Shown here one piece after another: positions 24,501 to 36,500 of a stretch of 64,000 nucleotides of DNA; the first letter of the stretch is position 1, and the number at the start of each line of letters is the position of its first letter. Location: the NCBI GenBank assembly GCA_002269645.1, contig NIVC01001165.1, forward strand, positions 282,261 through 346,260, written 5' to 3'. Below the pieces are notes generated by a model. That model saw only the letters and a program-made list of their open reading frames with translations. It was not told the origin of the DNA and searched no databases. The stretch comes from Macrostomum lignano. Its lineage: Eukaryota. The position numbers and the translations under genes were made by a program.

Positions 24501-27500
24501 TGCGCCTCCCAGACGGCCGCCAGCTTTCGCTGCACGTCCAGCACGGAGCCTTCGTCGGACTCGTCAACCGGGACATTGCGCAGCGACCTCAAGTAGTTGT
24601 GCATCACCATGGTGGTTGTGAGCACTTCGTCGGAGAACCAGACCATGCCGCAGCGGGACACGGTGGCCAGGGTGGCGTACTTCAGGTCCTGCACTTCGAA
24701 CATGATTCGAACATTCGGTGGAATGCCCAGACGCTCGCCATTGGGCAGGGTGAGCAGCTTGTTGTCGTCCAGCACAGAGTTGAGATTCTCCACCCATTCG
24801 GGGTCCACATCGCCGTCGAAGATGATCCACTGACGCTTTCCGGCCTCGCCGCGAAGGCTGTCGACAATCTTGCGGAGAGTGTGGGTGAAGATACCGTCAA
24901 ACCATTCGCGCGTGTTCGGGTCCATGAAGCCGTACAGGTTGTCCTTGCTGATGGATTTCGGATCGATGACGTGAGCAACGCCTTCGATGCCTTCCAGACG
25001 TTCGAGCGCTTTGAGCAGCACTCGCCAGGCCTTGGTCTTGCCGGAGCCGCTGGGACCAACCAGCATCAGGCCGTGCTGGATATTGGTGATCTGGTACACC
25101 TGCAGCACTTTCTCTACCCAGCGTTCGCCTTCGTCGCCGGACTCGCCGTAGACCAGGTGCATCTCTTCGCACACCTTGCGAATTTCGGCACGCAAAGCGG
25201 ACATCTCGGCTGGCACATACTCGATGCCAGGGAACACGTCAGATAGCAAGGAGAACAGCAGGGGAATGTCCTCGGCAACCAGCTTGGGCACCATTGTCTC
25301 CATCAGCGATTGGATAAGAATCTCCTGTTCGGGCAGTCGCGAGGCCACATCGGCTTCGTTATAATCGTCGCCTGCGGAGGCTTTGATCTGCTGGATTCGG
25401 TCGCGCTTCACATTGCCAGCGCTAGTGAGCACGCTCTTCAATGCGCGCAGACCGAAGTCGTAGTGACTCTGGGCGGAGAGCTGCTCGGCGCACAGTTTGA
25501 AAAATGGCACCACCTTGGCGGCGAGCTTCTCTGCGGTGCGGAAGCCTTGTGAGTACAGCATGACCTGAGCAATGAGCTGCCTGTCAGGCTGAGTCATGGC
25601 CAGGGAGCGGAACAGCTTCTTCAGATTGTCCGGCAGATTTGACCGACCAGCGTAGCCGGGATTCATGGTGATGAACACGGCCATGTCCTGGTGCACCAGA
25701 ACTTCGCGGCCAAGGAGCTCAGCTTTAGGCTTCACACTGCTATCACCTGTAAGGTATTCGCGCAGCGCCATCTGGATGCCCTGGATCTGCTGGGACACGG
25801 CCGACAGCATGCGCTCCTCCAACCGGTTGAACTCGTCGAAGCAGCCCCAGGCGCCCACCTGGCACAGGCCGACAAAGATGCGGCCCATAGCCTGAAAGTC
25901 GAAGGTCTCATCGCAGTTGAAGACCAACACGAAACGGCCCAGCTGATTGCCCAGCGCCTTGACCGATTCCGTCTTTCCTGTGCCGGCAGGACCGAATGGC
26001 GAGCCGCCGAGACGGCCTTCGAGCGCCTGCGTCATGGTGAGGTAGCAACGATCGGTGAGCGGCGTCTGCACCAGGCGCTCGGCCACGCCCAGATACTCGA
26101 AGCCGTAGTTGAAGCTTGCATTGGCAATGCGAATAATCAGCTGCTTGAGCGGATCTGTCTGCTTAGGATCGAAGTAGAATCGCATCTGGGCCAGCCACTC
26201 GAACGACTTGTTGGAGCCAATCTTGTCGGTAATGAGCTGACGGGTGACGTCTCTCTGGTGAACGTACTCAATAATAAGCTGCTCGAGTTTCTTTCTACGC
26301 ACAGGCGGTTGTTCCTTGAGCACGGAGTCGGCTAGCAGATTGAGAGTGCCTTCAACAGACTTGAGCACATCCTCAAGCGGCGCCATATCCGGGTCACCTT
26401 TGGCGCCAGCTTTGTCAATCGATGCAAGAGCAGCCTCGACGCTCTCGGACCAGATGACCTGAGCAGCCAGGATCACCAGCTGAGCCTGATAAGTGTCCGC
26501 CCACTCCATGAACTTTTCATCGCGATTCTCTGAACTAGCGGTTACATCTTTGAGTCCGAGAGTGGCTTTAGCCAGCAGCTTAGCTAGGGTTACGCGCATC
26601 TCCTTCTCAACCATTGTTAGCCAATCGTTAATCCGTGGATTATCCTTGATTGAGACCGGCGTTACAAACGGCACCTCTTCGCCCTCTTTGGAGCACAAGC
26701 CAAACACTGTGGTGGCTTCCTCGTCCAGCTTGAGCGTGTGCACTCCGGCGAACATCTTCTTGAAGTGCTTCTGCAGCCGGTGGACATTCTTGCTGTTGCC
26801 GATAATCTCCAGCAGATCTTCGTCGCCAACGAAGTAAAATCTGGCAAATGAGGCTCGCTGGCGCTCAAGGTATTCGCCAAGGGATTTCTGGATTTTAGCC
26901 AGCAGATCGGCCAGTCTCTCCAGCTGCTTTTGAGCATTCGGTATGTTGAGCACATCCATAATCAATGGCGACTTGGCAACCTTCTTCATTAGGCCTAAGA
27001 ATTCTGAGCTGACGCTGGCGAAGCGCTGCGACTCAACTGGTAGCAGAGTTTTGATATCGGCAGAGCCGGAGAAGATGCCCTCGAGGTACACCCAGCGGCG
27101 CTGCACATCGATCCAGCAGTCGAACAGAGCGTTGATGCGGTTCAATCGGTCCTCCCAGGCTAGGGCTTCCTCTTCGAACTGTTTAAAGTATGGCGACAGT
27201 TTCATAGCGTTCAGACTGGCCATGTGCTCCTTGACCTTGCTGAACAGATCGTCCCAGCCGCGGATGAGGCGGCACTTGTTCTGGAAGCTGACCAGCTCGA
27301 GCTCGTAGCCTTTCCAAGTTCGGTTACCTGGCGCAGGAATTCTTCGAGGGCCTTCTCGCCCTGAGCAACGGCTAGTACATCGCGAATGACAGTCTCATTC
27401 CTCTGCAGGTCAAGATCCCACAGCTGGCCGAGTGACAGGTCATTCATGTTCCAAGAGACGCCAAGCTGCTTCTGCAGAGTTTTCCAATGACGCTCCTTCA

Positions 27501-30500
27501 AAGCCTCAGATTTGAGCTCGGTAACCAGCATGTTAGCCTTGGTTAGACTGCTAAGGCGACCTTTTAAGTGAGTGTAGGCGGCGTATTGGCGGAATCTGGC
27601 CGGCAGCTCCTTCAGCCGGGCGCCCAGAGCGTCCAAGTCCTGGCGCAGCTTCCTTGGCTGCACAGTCTGCCATGGCGAGTCGCGCAGGCCGCTCAAATCA
27701 TCGTGCACACTGCCCAGTGAGGTCCACACGGCCTTGAGATCGGCCAGCTCCTCTGTGGCCACTTTCACGCGCTCTTCGCTTGGCGGCGGGCCACCCTCGG
27801 ACAGTTCGAGCGCCTCCTTGGCTGTCTGGACGTTGCGGCGTTCCTCCTGCAGTCGGCCTAGCTTGCCTTCCAGAATAGCGAGAGTCTGCAATGCTTCATC
27901 CGGCTTGCAGTCGCCTTCCACAGGCTTCTGTTTCTCCCATTCAGCAAGCAGATCCGAAGTCTTAGCTTCAATAAGCCGGTCCTCGGCTACAATCTTGACC
28001 TGAAGAGAAGCCACCTGGCCAGATATGGCCTGAGTCTTGCGGTTGAGAATGTCGGTGAGCGCGGACCACTCGCCAGTGACCTGGTCGCTGTCAAGCCAGC
28101 CAGACGGGAACTGGAATCGATCGCGGAATAGCAGAGCTTGTCCAGCTTGGCACTGCTCTACCGTCTTCTCCCAGGTTTTCATTTTGCGCTTGAGACTTTG
28201 CGAATAGGTGATCAGCGCTACGGCGTCCTGGGTGCTGGCGCCGGGCGAAGCGCCAGGCTGCTGCTCCAGATTGTTGCGCGCCTTGGAGATGTCGCTGAAC
28301 AGGGTGTTCATCTGAGTAGCCATCAGGTTGCCGAACTTACCCAGCACATCCTTGTGCCAGGTGTCGTACTTCATGGATACCTTGCCCTGAACCTTGCCGA
28401 ATAGGATCACTAACGGTCCGAATTCTTTCTGCGTCTCCGCAACGTCGAAAGTCTTGCGCATGGCTTTGATCTCGTCGAGCACGTTCATCCAAACGCCAGG
28501 ATTGTTGCCCAGTTTAGGATACACCTGATCCGGCTGCAGATCCCACAGAGCCTGGTAGCGAGTCCACGTAGTGACGTACACCTCGGCCTCTTGGACAATT
28601 TTCTGTATCTCAGCGTGAGCAGTCTCAAGCACTTCGCCGGCATTGGACAGGCGGCTGAACACCGAGGCGTAGGTCCGATCGCGTTCCTGCTGTACAACCT
28701 GGGCTGGGCCGACCTGGTAGCGCTGGTGGCTCAGACGAGGCAAGCTGGACACGTTCTCTTGCCACAGTGTCAGCTGGTGCATGAGCTCCTGCTGAGCAGC
28801 TTCCAGACTCGGGTGCAGGTGCATCTGCTGATTAGTGATGCGCAATTCGTGCACAATTTTCTTAATCTGCGGCTTGCCAACTGTAGCGTCCACTTCGTCA
28901 TCTTCTGGATTCACGTTGCCCTTCAGAATCCTAATCCAGGCCTTTAGCGCGGACTCCAGCCGAACGGCTAACTTGGTCTCAACAGCTTTGTCCAGCTTGG
29001 ATACCCACAGCGACAAATTGGCATATTCGTGCAGACTCAGAGCGTCGATCTGCTTCTGAATCTTATTGATCACTTCAGTAAAGTTCTGCTTGGAGAAGCC
29101 GCAAGTGTCTAGGGAAACCATCTCAGCATCAATCTGGCGAGTGATGGCCAACAGATCGTCAGTTTTCTCCTGGTAATTGTTAACGGAATCGGCCAGTTTG
29201 TGAACGAATGGATCGAGTCGGTAGGATTCCCACACCAATGTGGCGCCTTCCATGATGATCAACTGGACTTCACGCCTGAGACCGGCGCACAGCAGATTGA
29301 CGTCCTGGCCGTGCTCGGAGTCGATTCGAGCGCAGGTGCTCTGGTAGGACTTGACGGACTCGCACAGGGAGACGGCATAAGGATAGAGCTGGTTAGCCTG
29401 ATGCGCCTTGTTCACAATGCCAAGCGGCACTCGGAATCCGAGCCAGCGCATGTTCCTGGCCTCCTTAGACAGCGTGATTACCTCTGGCTGGAAGTTCACC
29501 CTCAGACGATACAGAGTGCCGCCGCCACCGGCCTGCTTCTTGACGCTTTCAACGCTGAATATCTTGCCAGTCATGGACAGCTGCTTCTGGTTGATGTTCT
29601 GCGACCACTGTTCAAACAGCTCAGTGGTGTTCAGCTTAGCTTTGAAACTGTCGCCCTCATTCTTCAACTGCTGGCCTTCAAGATGATGCTCCCAGCCTTT
29701 GCCAAGCACATCTTCAACCCGTTTTAAGTAGGCATTCAACTGGCGCTCAATCTGCCTAGCCCAGATGATGGAGCCGGCAACTGGCGGGATGTCCCTAACC
29801 CTGCTCATCTTACAAGCGGTAGTGTCCGAGTACTGCTCCTTAAATTTGGTGTGCAATTTCTCAATATCGTCTTTCACGCGCTGAATCAGCTGGGTCTGGT
29901 ACTCGCGAATAGCGCCGCGAATGTGCGGCCGCACCAGCAGGGCGTTGAATCGGCTGAAGATGCGGAACATCTCGTTGGCATTCTTGGCCGTGCCGAGCAG
30001 ATCGCGCAGTCGGGTGGTGATTCGAGCCTCAACCCGATCGATGCGCTCCTCGTATCGCCTGATCGCCGCGTCCCACAGCGTCGTGCCCTCCTTGGACACG
30101 TCCAAGCAGTCGACCTCTTTCACAATCTCGTAGGCTAGATTGACCTCTTCGAATTGGAATCGGCCGTCTCGGGAATGGCGCCGTCTTGCACGGGGCTCGC
30201 GTCGCCTCCGGCATCTTCGGCTCCGGCGCCAGCGGCAGCGGCGGCCGCTTCGAGTTTCGATGGGCCGCGCGGGCGAAGCACGCGAACGATAACCTAGAGG
30301 TTGGGGGGTAGTGAAAATAGTTAGTATTTCACAGAAATTAGCCTAAAGTTATTAGAATTGCACAGAGATAGACAAATTCGAAGAATTTGTTGGTGGAGGT
30401 CGACTGTCACTTTAAGGCGCGTCTCCAAATCTCTGTAATATCGGTGAACAGCCCTAATTCAAATAAAAACGGTACCTAGACCAAGGAGGTGTCGCCCCGG

Positions 30501-33500
30501 AGTCTTTGCAAGAATCACAAGCTAAGTATAGAAAATGACTCTAGTCTACCCAATAAAACGAGTTATCAGGTTACAAATCGCCTGTAACAGTTACCTAGTT
30601 GTCAATTTGGAACATGTGTATTGTCTGCGACTGTGAAACTACTCTAACAGGGGTGCTTCTATAATGACCCTGGGGCCGTATAGTTGTACGAGTATCTGAT
30701 AAGGCCCGCTAGAGTCGCTGAAGAATCACCGAGTTGCTAACCGATTTGTTTATTTGGTCTACTTGAGTTAGTAGAAAGTTAAGCGCTAACTCTTGTGCCA
30801 CCTTTTTCGCAATTCTTTTATGACTCCACAGCTCACGTGATGCTGTCGTGACTCCACAGTCGCCCCAGAGTCGGTAGTGCTTGGTGTGCAATGACTCTTT
30901 AGCAATTCTTGTCACAGTAACCTTACTCAATGAGATATGAGTCATTGCCTAAATAAAGCATCATAAGATATATAATCAAACACACCTGTCTCAGCTGTTC
31001 ATGCTGATGCCGGAACTTGCGCATCTGATCCAACCTAGTCTGCAGCCGCTTATGCGCAGGATTAATACGCCACACAGTCTTCATCATCTCTTCGCGCTTC
31101 TTCTTAACCAAATCTCGCAGCAGGCCTTGCAGCTTGTCGTATTCGTCATCCCAAGACGTGAACACGTCGAAGCAGGCGGTCATGATCTCTTCGAATTCGT
31201 CGTGTTGAATGTGCATCAGGCGTCGCGTGCCGAGCACTTTGAGCAGCTGGTTGCTCAGATCGCGCGAGATGGCTTCGATGAGACGGAGAGCGCGCTGTAT
31301 CGGATACTTGGTTGATCGGATCTTCTTCAGGTGGCCGAAGATGGCAACCACAGCCTGCTTGATCTTGTCCAGCTCAGTAGCTGACAGCAGCTCATTCAAC
31401 GGGAAATCCTTCATCAGCGGATTGTAATCGTTGACAACGCCCAGAGCCGACTTCAGGCCGGTGTCGGAGTCAAACGACACGGTGGCATGGAATCGCTTGG
31501 CATGCTTGAGAATGTCAAGAGTGAGCGTCACCTCGATGCTCTCCCGTTTCTCTTGGATTTTAAATAGGGCGCGCTCCAGATTGAGCCAGAAGCTGATCTC
31601 CTGCAGGGCATTGCCGGAGGCTGGGTCGCGGTCCAGCTTGGTCACCTGTTGATGATAGATCGATTGATTTAAAATATAACTAGTAAGATTTAAATGCAAA
31701 TTTAACAAAAAACGTAAAAAACTCGAATGCTTACTAAAAGTAGGATAGACGCATATCTAGGTAGAAAAACTATTTTTATGGAAGCATTGCTTTTGTATGA
31801 GTTGAAAATACAAGTACGTAGGCGTAATTTTGAACGCATACAGAAAAAATACAGAAAAAACACACAGCATAAAAATGTATTCAACTTTGCCAAAGTTTGC
31901 AAAGATTCTGAATGACCAAAATTTCAACAAAATTATAACTTAAGTTATGGCTTCAAATCCTGGTTTCTTTGTATGTTGATTTCCATGTTATTTTTCATAG
32001 TTCATATTTGATCATCATATCAGATACAAATGCTTAAAACAACGAACAAAATATGTACCATATAAAAATATAGCACGTAGTATTACAAGTGACTGCATAT
32101 GCATAAAAGTACACAGTTAGCAGACTGCAGACGCGCACTTGAGACGCTAAAGTATTACATGGCGCCATTCCGCTTGCAGCACACAATATGCCCTGTGCAC
32201 AGCTTTGCTCAGCCTAGCTGTAGTTAATAATCGATATTGGGTGCCGTCTGCAATCGTTTTTCTTTCTGTTTCGATTTCCTTTCTACTCAGAAATCCAGGG
32301 TAAGGGTAAGGGGCTACCCGAGGACCTGAGTGGCAGAAAACTTTAAACACCTGCGGGCACGGGGATTTGCGTGGACTAGGCTACAGGACTAAGTGGGGGT
32401 TGAGCGGAGATCAATGCAAATATTGCATTGGCATGACTACACTACTGAATGGCAAAAGTCAGAGCTAACAGTACCAGAGCAAATTATTTTGCATGAACCT
32501 CATACCTTAAACTGGAGTTATAGATTACAGAATTTTTGACAATTGATAAAGAAATATTTGATACTGTACATAAGATACAAATTACGAAAGACAAAAAATA
32601 GACATTAAGTAGCAGGGGCGTCGCTAAAAAGCAATGGGAGGAGGCAGGACAATGCTAGGTCTCCTCCACCCTACCATGTGACTCGTAGTTGAAATAAATA
32701 ATTTTATTTCAGGGCGCTAAAATATAGCACCTGCGGCGCTAAAATAAGTGCCTGCGGCGCTAAAATGAGTGCCTGCGGCGCTAGAATGAGTGCCTTCAGA
32801 GCTAGAATGAGTGCCTGCGGCGCTAAAATGAGTGCCTGCGGAGCTAGAATGAGTGCCTGCGGCGCTAGAATGAGTGCCTGCGGAGCTAGAATGAGTGCCT
32901 GCGGCGCTAAAATGAGTGCCTGCGGCGCTAAAATGAGTGCCTGCGGCGCTAAAATGAGTGCCTGCGGCGCTAAAATGAGTGCCTGCAGCGCTAAAATGAG
33001 TGCCTGCGGAGCTAGAATGAGTGCCTGCGGCGCTAAAATGAGTGCCTGCGGCGCTAGAATGAGTGCCTGCGGCGCTAAAATGAGTGCCTGCGGCGCTAAA
33101 ATGAGTGCCTGCGGCGCTAAAATGAGTGCCTGCGGCGCTAAAATGAGTGCCTGCAGCGCTAGAATGAGTGCCTGCGGCGCTAAAATGAGTGCCTGTGGCG
33201 CTAGAATGAGTGCCTGCGGCGCTAGAATGAGTGCCTGCGGCGACAAAATGAGTGCCTGCAGCGCTAAAATGAGTGCCTGCGGCGCTAAAATGAGTGCCTG
33301 CAGCGCTAGAATGAGTGCCTGCGGCGCTAAAATGAGTGCCTGCAGCGCTAGAATGAGTGCCTGCGGCGCTAAAATGAGTGCCTGCGGCGCTAAAATGAGT
33401 GCCTGCAGCGCTAAAATGAGTGCCTGCGGCGCTAAAATGAGTGCCTGCGGCGCTAAAATGAGTGCCTGCAGCGCTAGAATGAGTGCCTGCGGCGCTAAAA

Positions 33501-36500
33501 TGAGTGCCTGTGGCGCTAGAATGAGTGCCTGCGGCGCTAGAATGAGTGCCTGCGGCGACAAAATGAGTGCCTGCAGCGCTAAAATGAGTGCCTGCGGCGC
33601 TAAAATGAGTGCCTGCAGCGCTAGAATGAGTGCCTGCGGCGCTAAAATGAGTGCCTGCAGCGCTAGAATGAGTGCCTGCGGCGCTAAAATGAGTGCCTGC
33701 GGCGCTAAAATGAGTGCCTGCGGCGCTAAAATGAGTGCCTGCAGCGCTAGAATGAGTGCCTGCGGCGCTAAAATGAGTGCCTGTGGCGGCTAGAATGAGT
33801 GCCTGCGGCGCTAAAATGAGTGCCTGCAGCGCTAGAATGAGTGCCTGCGGCGCTAAAATGAGTGCCTGTGGCGCTAGAATGAGTGCCTGCGGCGCTAAAA
33901 TGGGTGCCTGTGGCGCTAAAATGAGTGCCTGCGGCGCTAAAATGAGTGCCTGTGGCGCTAGAATGAGTGCCTGCGGCGCTAAAATGAGTGCCTGCGGAGC
34001 TAGAATTAGTGCCTGCAAAGCTAGAATAAGTGCCTGCGGAGCTAGAATGAGTGGCTGCACAGCCAAAATGAGTCCCTGCGGCGCTAAAATGAGTGCTAAC
34101 AATACCAATTCTCAAAAAATTTAAAAAATGTGCAAACTCCTTGGCTTTGTCCTCTCCCCACCATAAAACTCATGGAGACGCCCCCGCTTAATGACATACA
34201 ATGTTCAAATTCAGTAACCCAATAAATCATGTAGTCGGTCAGGCACTACTCTCACCTTCTGTATCTCTTTAATCCACCTGGTAACGCCAGATTGCAACGC
34301 GTTGAGAAACTGCGAGTCCTCAATTTTATCTTCAAAATCCGTCACCTTGGGCCGGCGGCCTTCTTCGTTGCACTTTTTAATGATTGCGGCAACAATCGGG
34401 TGCGGAGTGAGGGTGATCTCAGGTATGTCAATATTCTGCTGCAGGTGAAGCAGGTTGATCTCCAAGTCCGCAATCTTCTTCTCAACAGCAGGTGCGAGTT
34501 TGTCGCCGTCTCTGCATGATTCAAATTTATAGATATATGTTTAAACCACAGGTGAAGCTTAATGGAGTTTTACGTTTAGCGACCATGTCACAACCGGCAA
34601 GAGGCATTACTCTGCCTATTCAGCAGTCATACGCACAGGCACACAATCACAAAGTAGTATAAAGCGGCCCCTAACTTTATTTATCGTTAGGCATGTACAC
34701 AAAAATCGCACGACCAGAGCCAAGCCGAGACTCCAATTTAGCCCCAAATTAATGTGACTGAACTTAGGAATCGAGCCTGGGCACACTAAAACTGGAAATT
34801 TCTCAGTCTCACTTCTCACATTGCAGATATATAAAAAATTAAGGCACTACAGCTAGAAGCGATGCAGCTAGGTGAGAATGCTGGTGGTGAGAAAAGTTAT
34901 CAGGCATTATGCAAATGGGTTTGCATGCAAATGCAGTCATAATGCAATTGATAATGGATATTGTTCAAGTGCAAGAGACACTCAAATCAAATCTTAGATC
35001 AAATTAAGCCAAATTTTATGCCTATAAAATTAGGCTCTCTAATCAGCTAAAACTAGCAGAGGTGAATTCTGCACAAACAATCAATTAATAAAATTGAAAT
35101 AAAAAAAGCAGGATTAATTTTATTGCTATTTCATATTAATAATTATTAAAGAAGCAGACAACACTAGAAAGTAATGAAAGAAGAGCAATTCAAAGATTCA
35201 GCACAAATTTTATGTTAAAAAGTTTGTAAATTTTAATTTCCACTGCAGAATCTTCTTTATGTCAATGAAAATTAAGCATGCAAATAGAAAATGAGTCACA
35301 TCGATAGATAAGAAGGAAAACATAGTGTTCATTACTAATCTGACATAATGATATAACTAGACAGCAATTATAATACCTGCCAATGCCATGCCTATGAAAT
35401 GGTTGGGGTGAGTAAGGTGTCAAAGTGATTGTAAGTAAAAAATGCAATTTATTATTATTATTTTATGATAATTAAGTTGGCTACTAACCATAACTATTTA
35501 GTGTGAAAACAATAATAGTATAAACAATATAAAAATCAGGGGCACAAACATTTTTTTCTGAAAACATCGTACCAAAACCGGGCACTAAATTTGCTTCTAC
35601 CCATATAAGACACCAAATATCATTTAAAAATCTGAAAGTGGGATGGTCACATTTTTTGCGACAGTCAAAAATTTGACACTGCCTGTCACGCTTGTGATAG
35701 TCAAGTGTGACCGTGACGTGACTGTCAGTTAATATCGTGACCGTCAATGTGACATTCAAATAAAGATTCCCTCATGCGACCGTCAATGTGACCCTCAAAT
35801 GTTACAGTCATGTGACCGTTAAAAGTTACAGTCATGGACCGTCAATATGACCCTCAAAAGTTAGTCATGTGACCGTCAATGTGACCCTCAAATGTGACAG
35901 TAATGTGACTGTCAATATCAATATGACCCTCAAATGTGACAGTCATGTGACCGTCAATATCAATATGACCCTCAAATGTGACTGTCATGTGACCGTCAAT
36001 ATCAATATGACCCTCAAATGTGACAGTCATGTGACGCTCAAATGTGACAGTCATGTGACTGTCAATATCAATATGACCCTCAAATGTGACAGTCATGTGA
36101 CCGTCAATATCAATATGACCCTCAAATGTGACATTAATGTGACCGTCAATGTGACCCTCAAATGTGACAGTCATGTGACTGTCGATGTGACCATCCAATG
36201 TGAAAATTAAAACTGTCAGATCTGAGGGGTCACAATTAAGGGTCACATGTGATGCTGTTGTTTGAGTGCGACATAACGGTCACGCAGTCAAAATGTGACC
36301 ATCCCAATTATAAACGGGTCAGCTTATATCAGTTTAGCTACTAGATAATCGCATTTGACAATATTTTGATGACTTTACTACTAAGGACTGGTAGATCCGC
36401 CCTTTTTGGAGGTGGGGTGGGTGTCAACCCTCCTCGCCTCTCATTGGCTGGCGCGCGCGCCGCAGGCGCGTGGCGCTATCCAGGCGCCAATTAGGCGCCC

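Noticed and set aside
23354-30138. Many plus-strand ORFs overlapping dynein exons
   Set aside because: Antisense shadows of a GC3-rich coding strand.
32704-34124. Long repetitive ORFs (APQALIL / AAGTHFS / MSACGAK)
   Set aside because: By-products of a stop-free 21-bp minisatellite.
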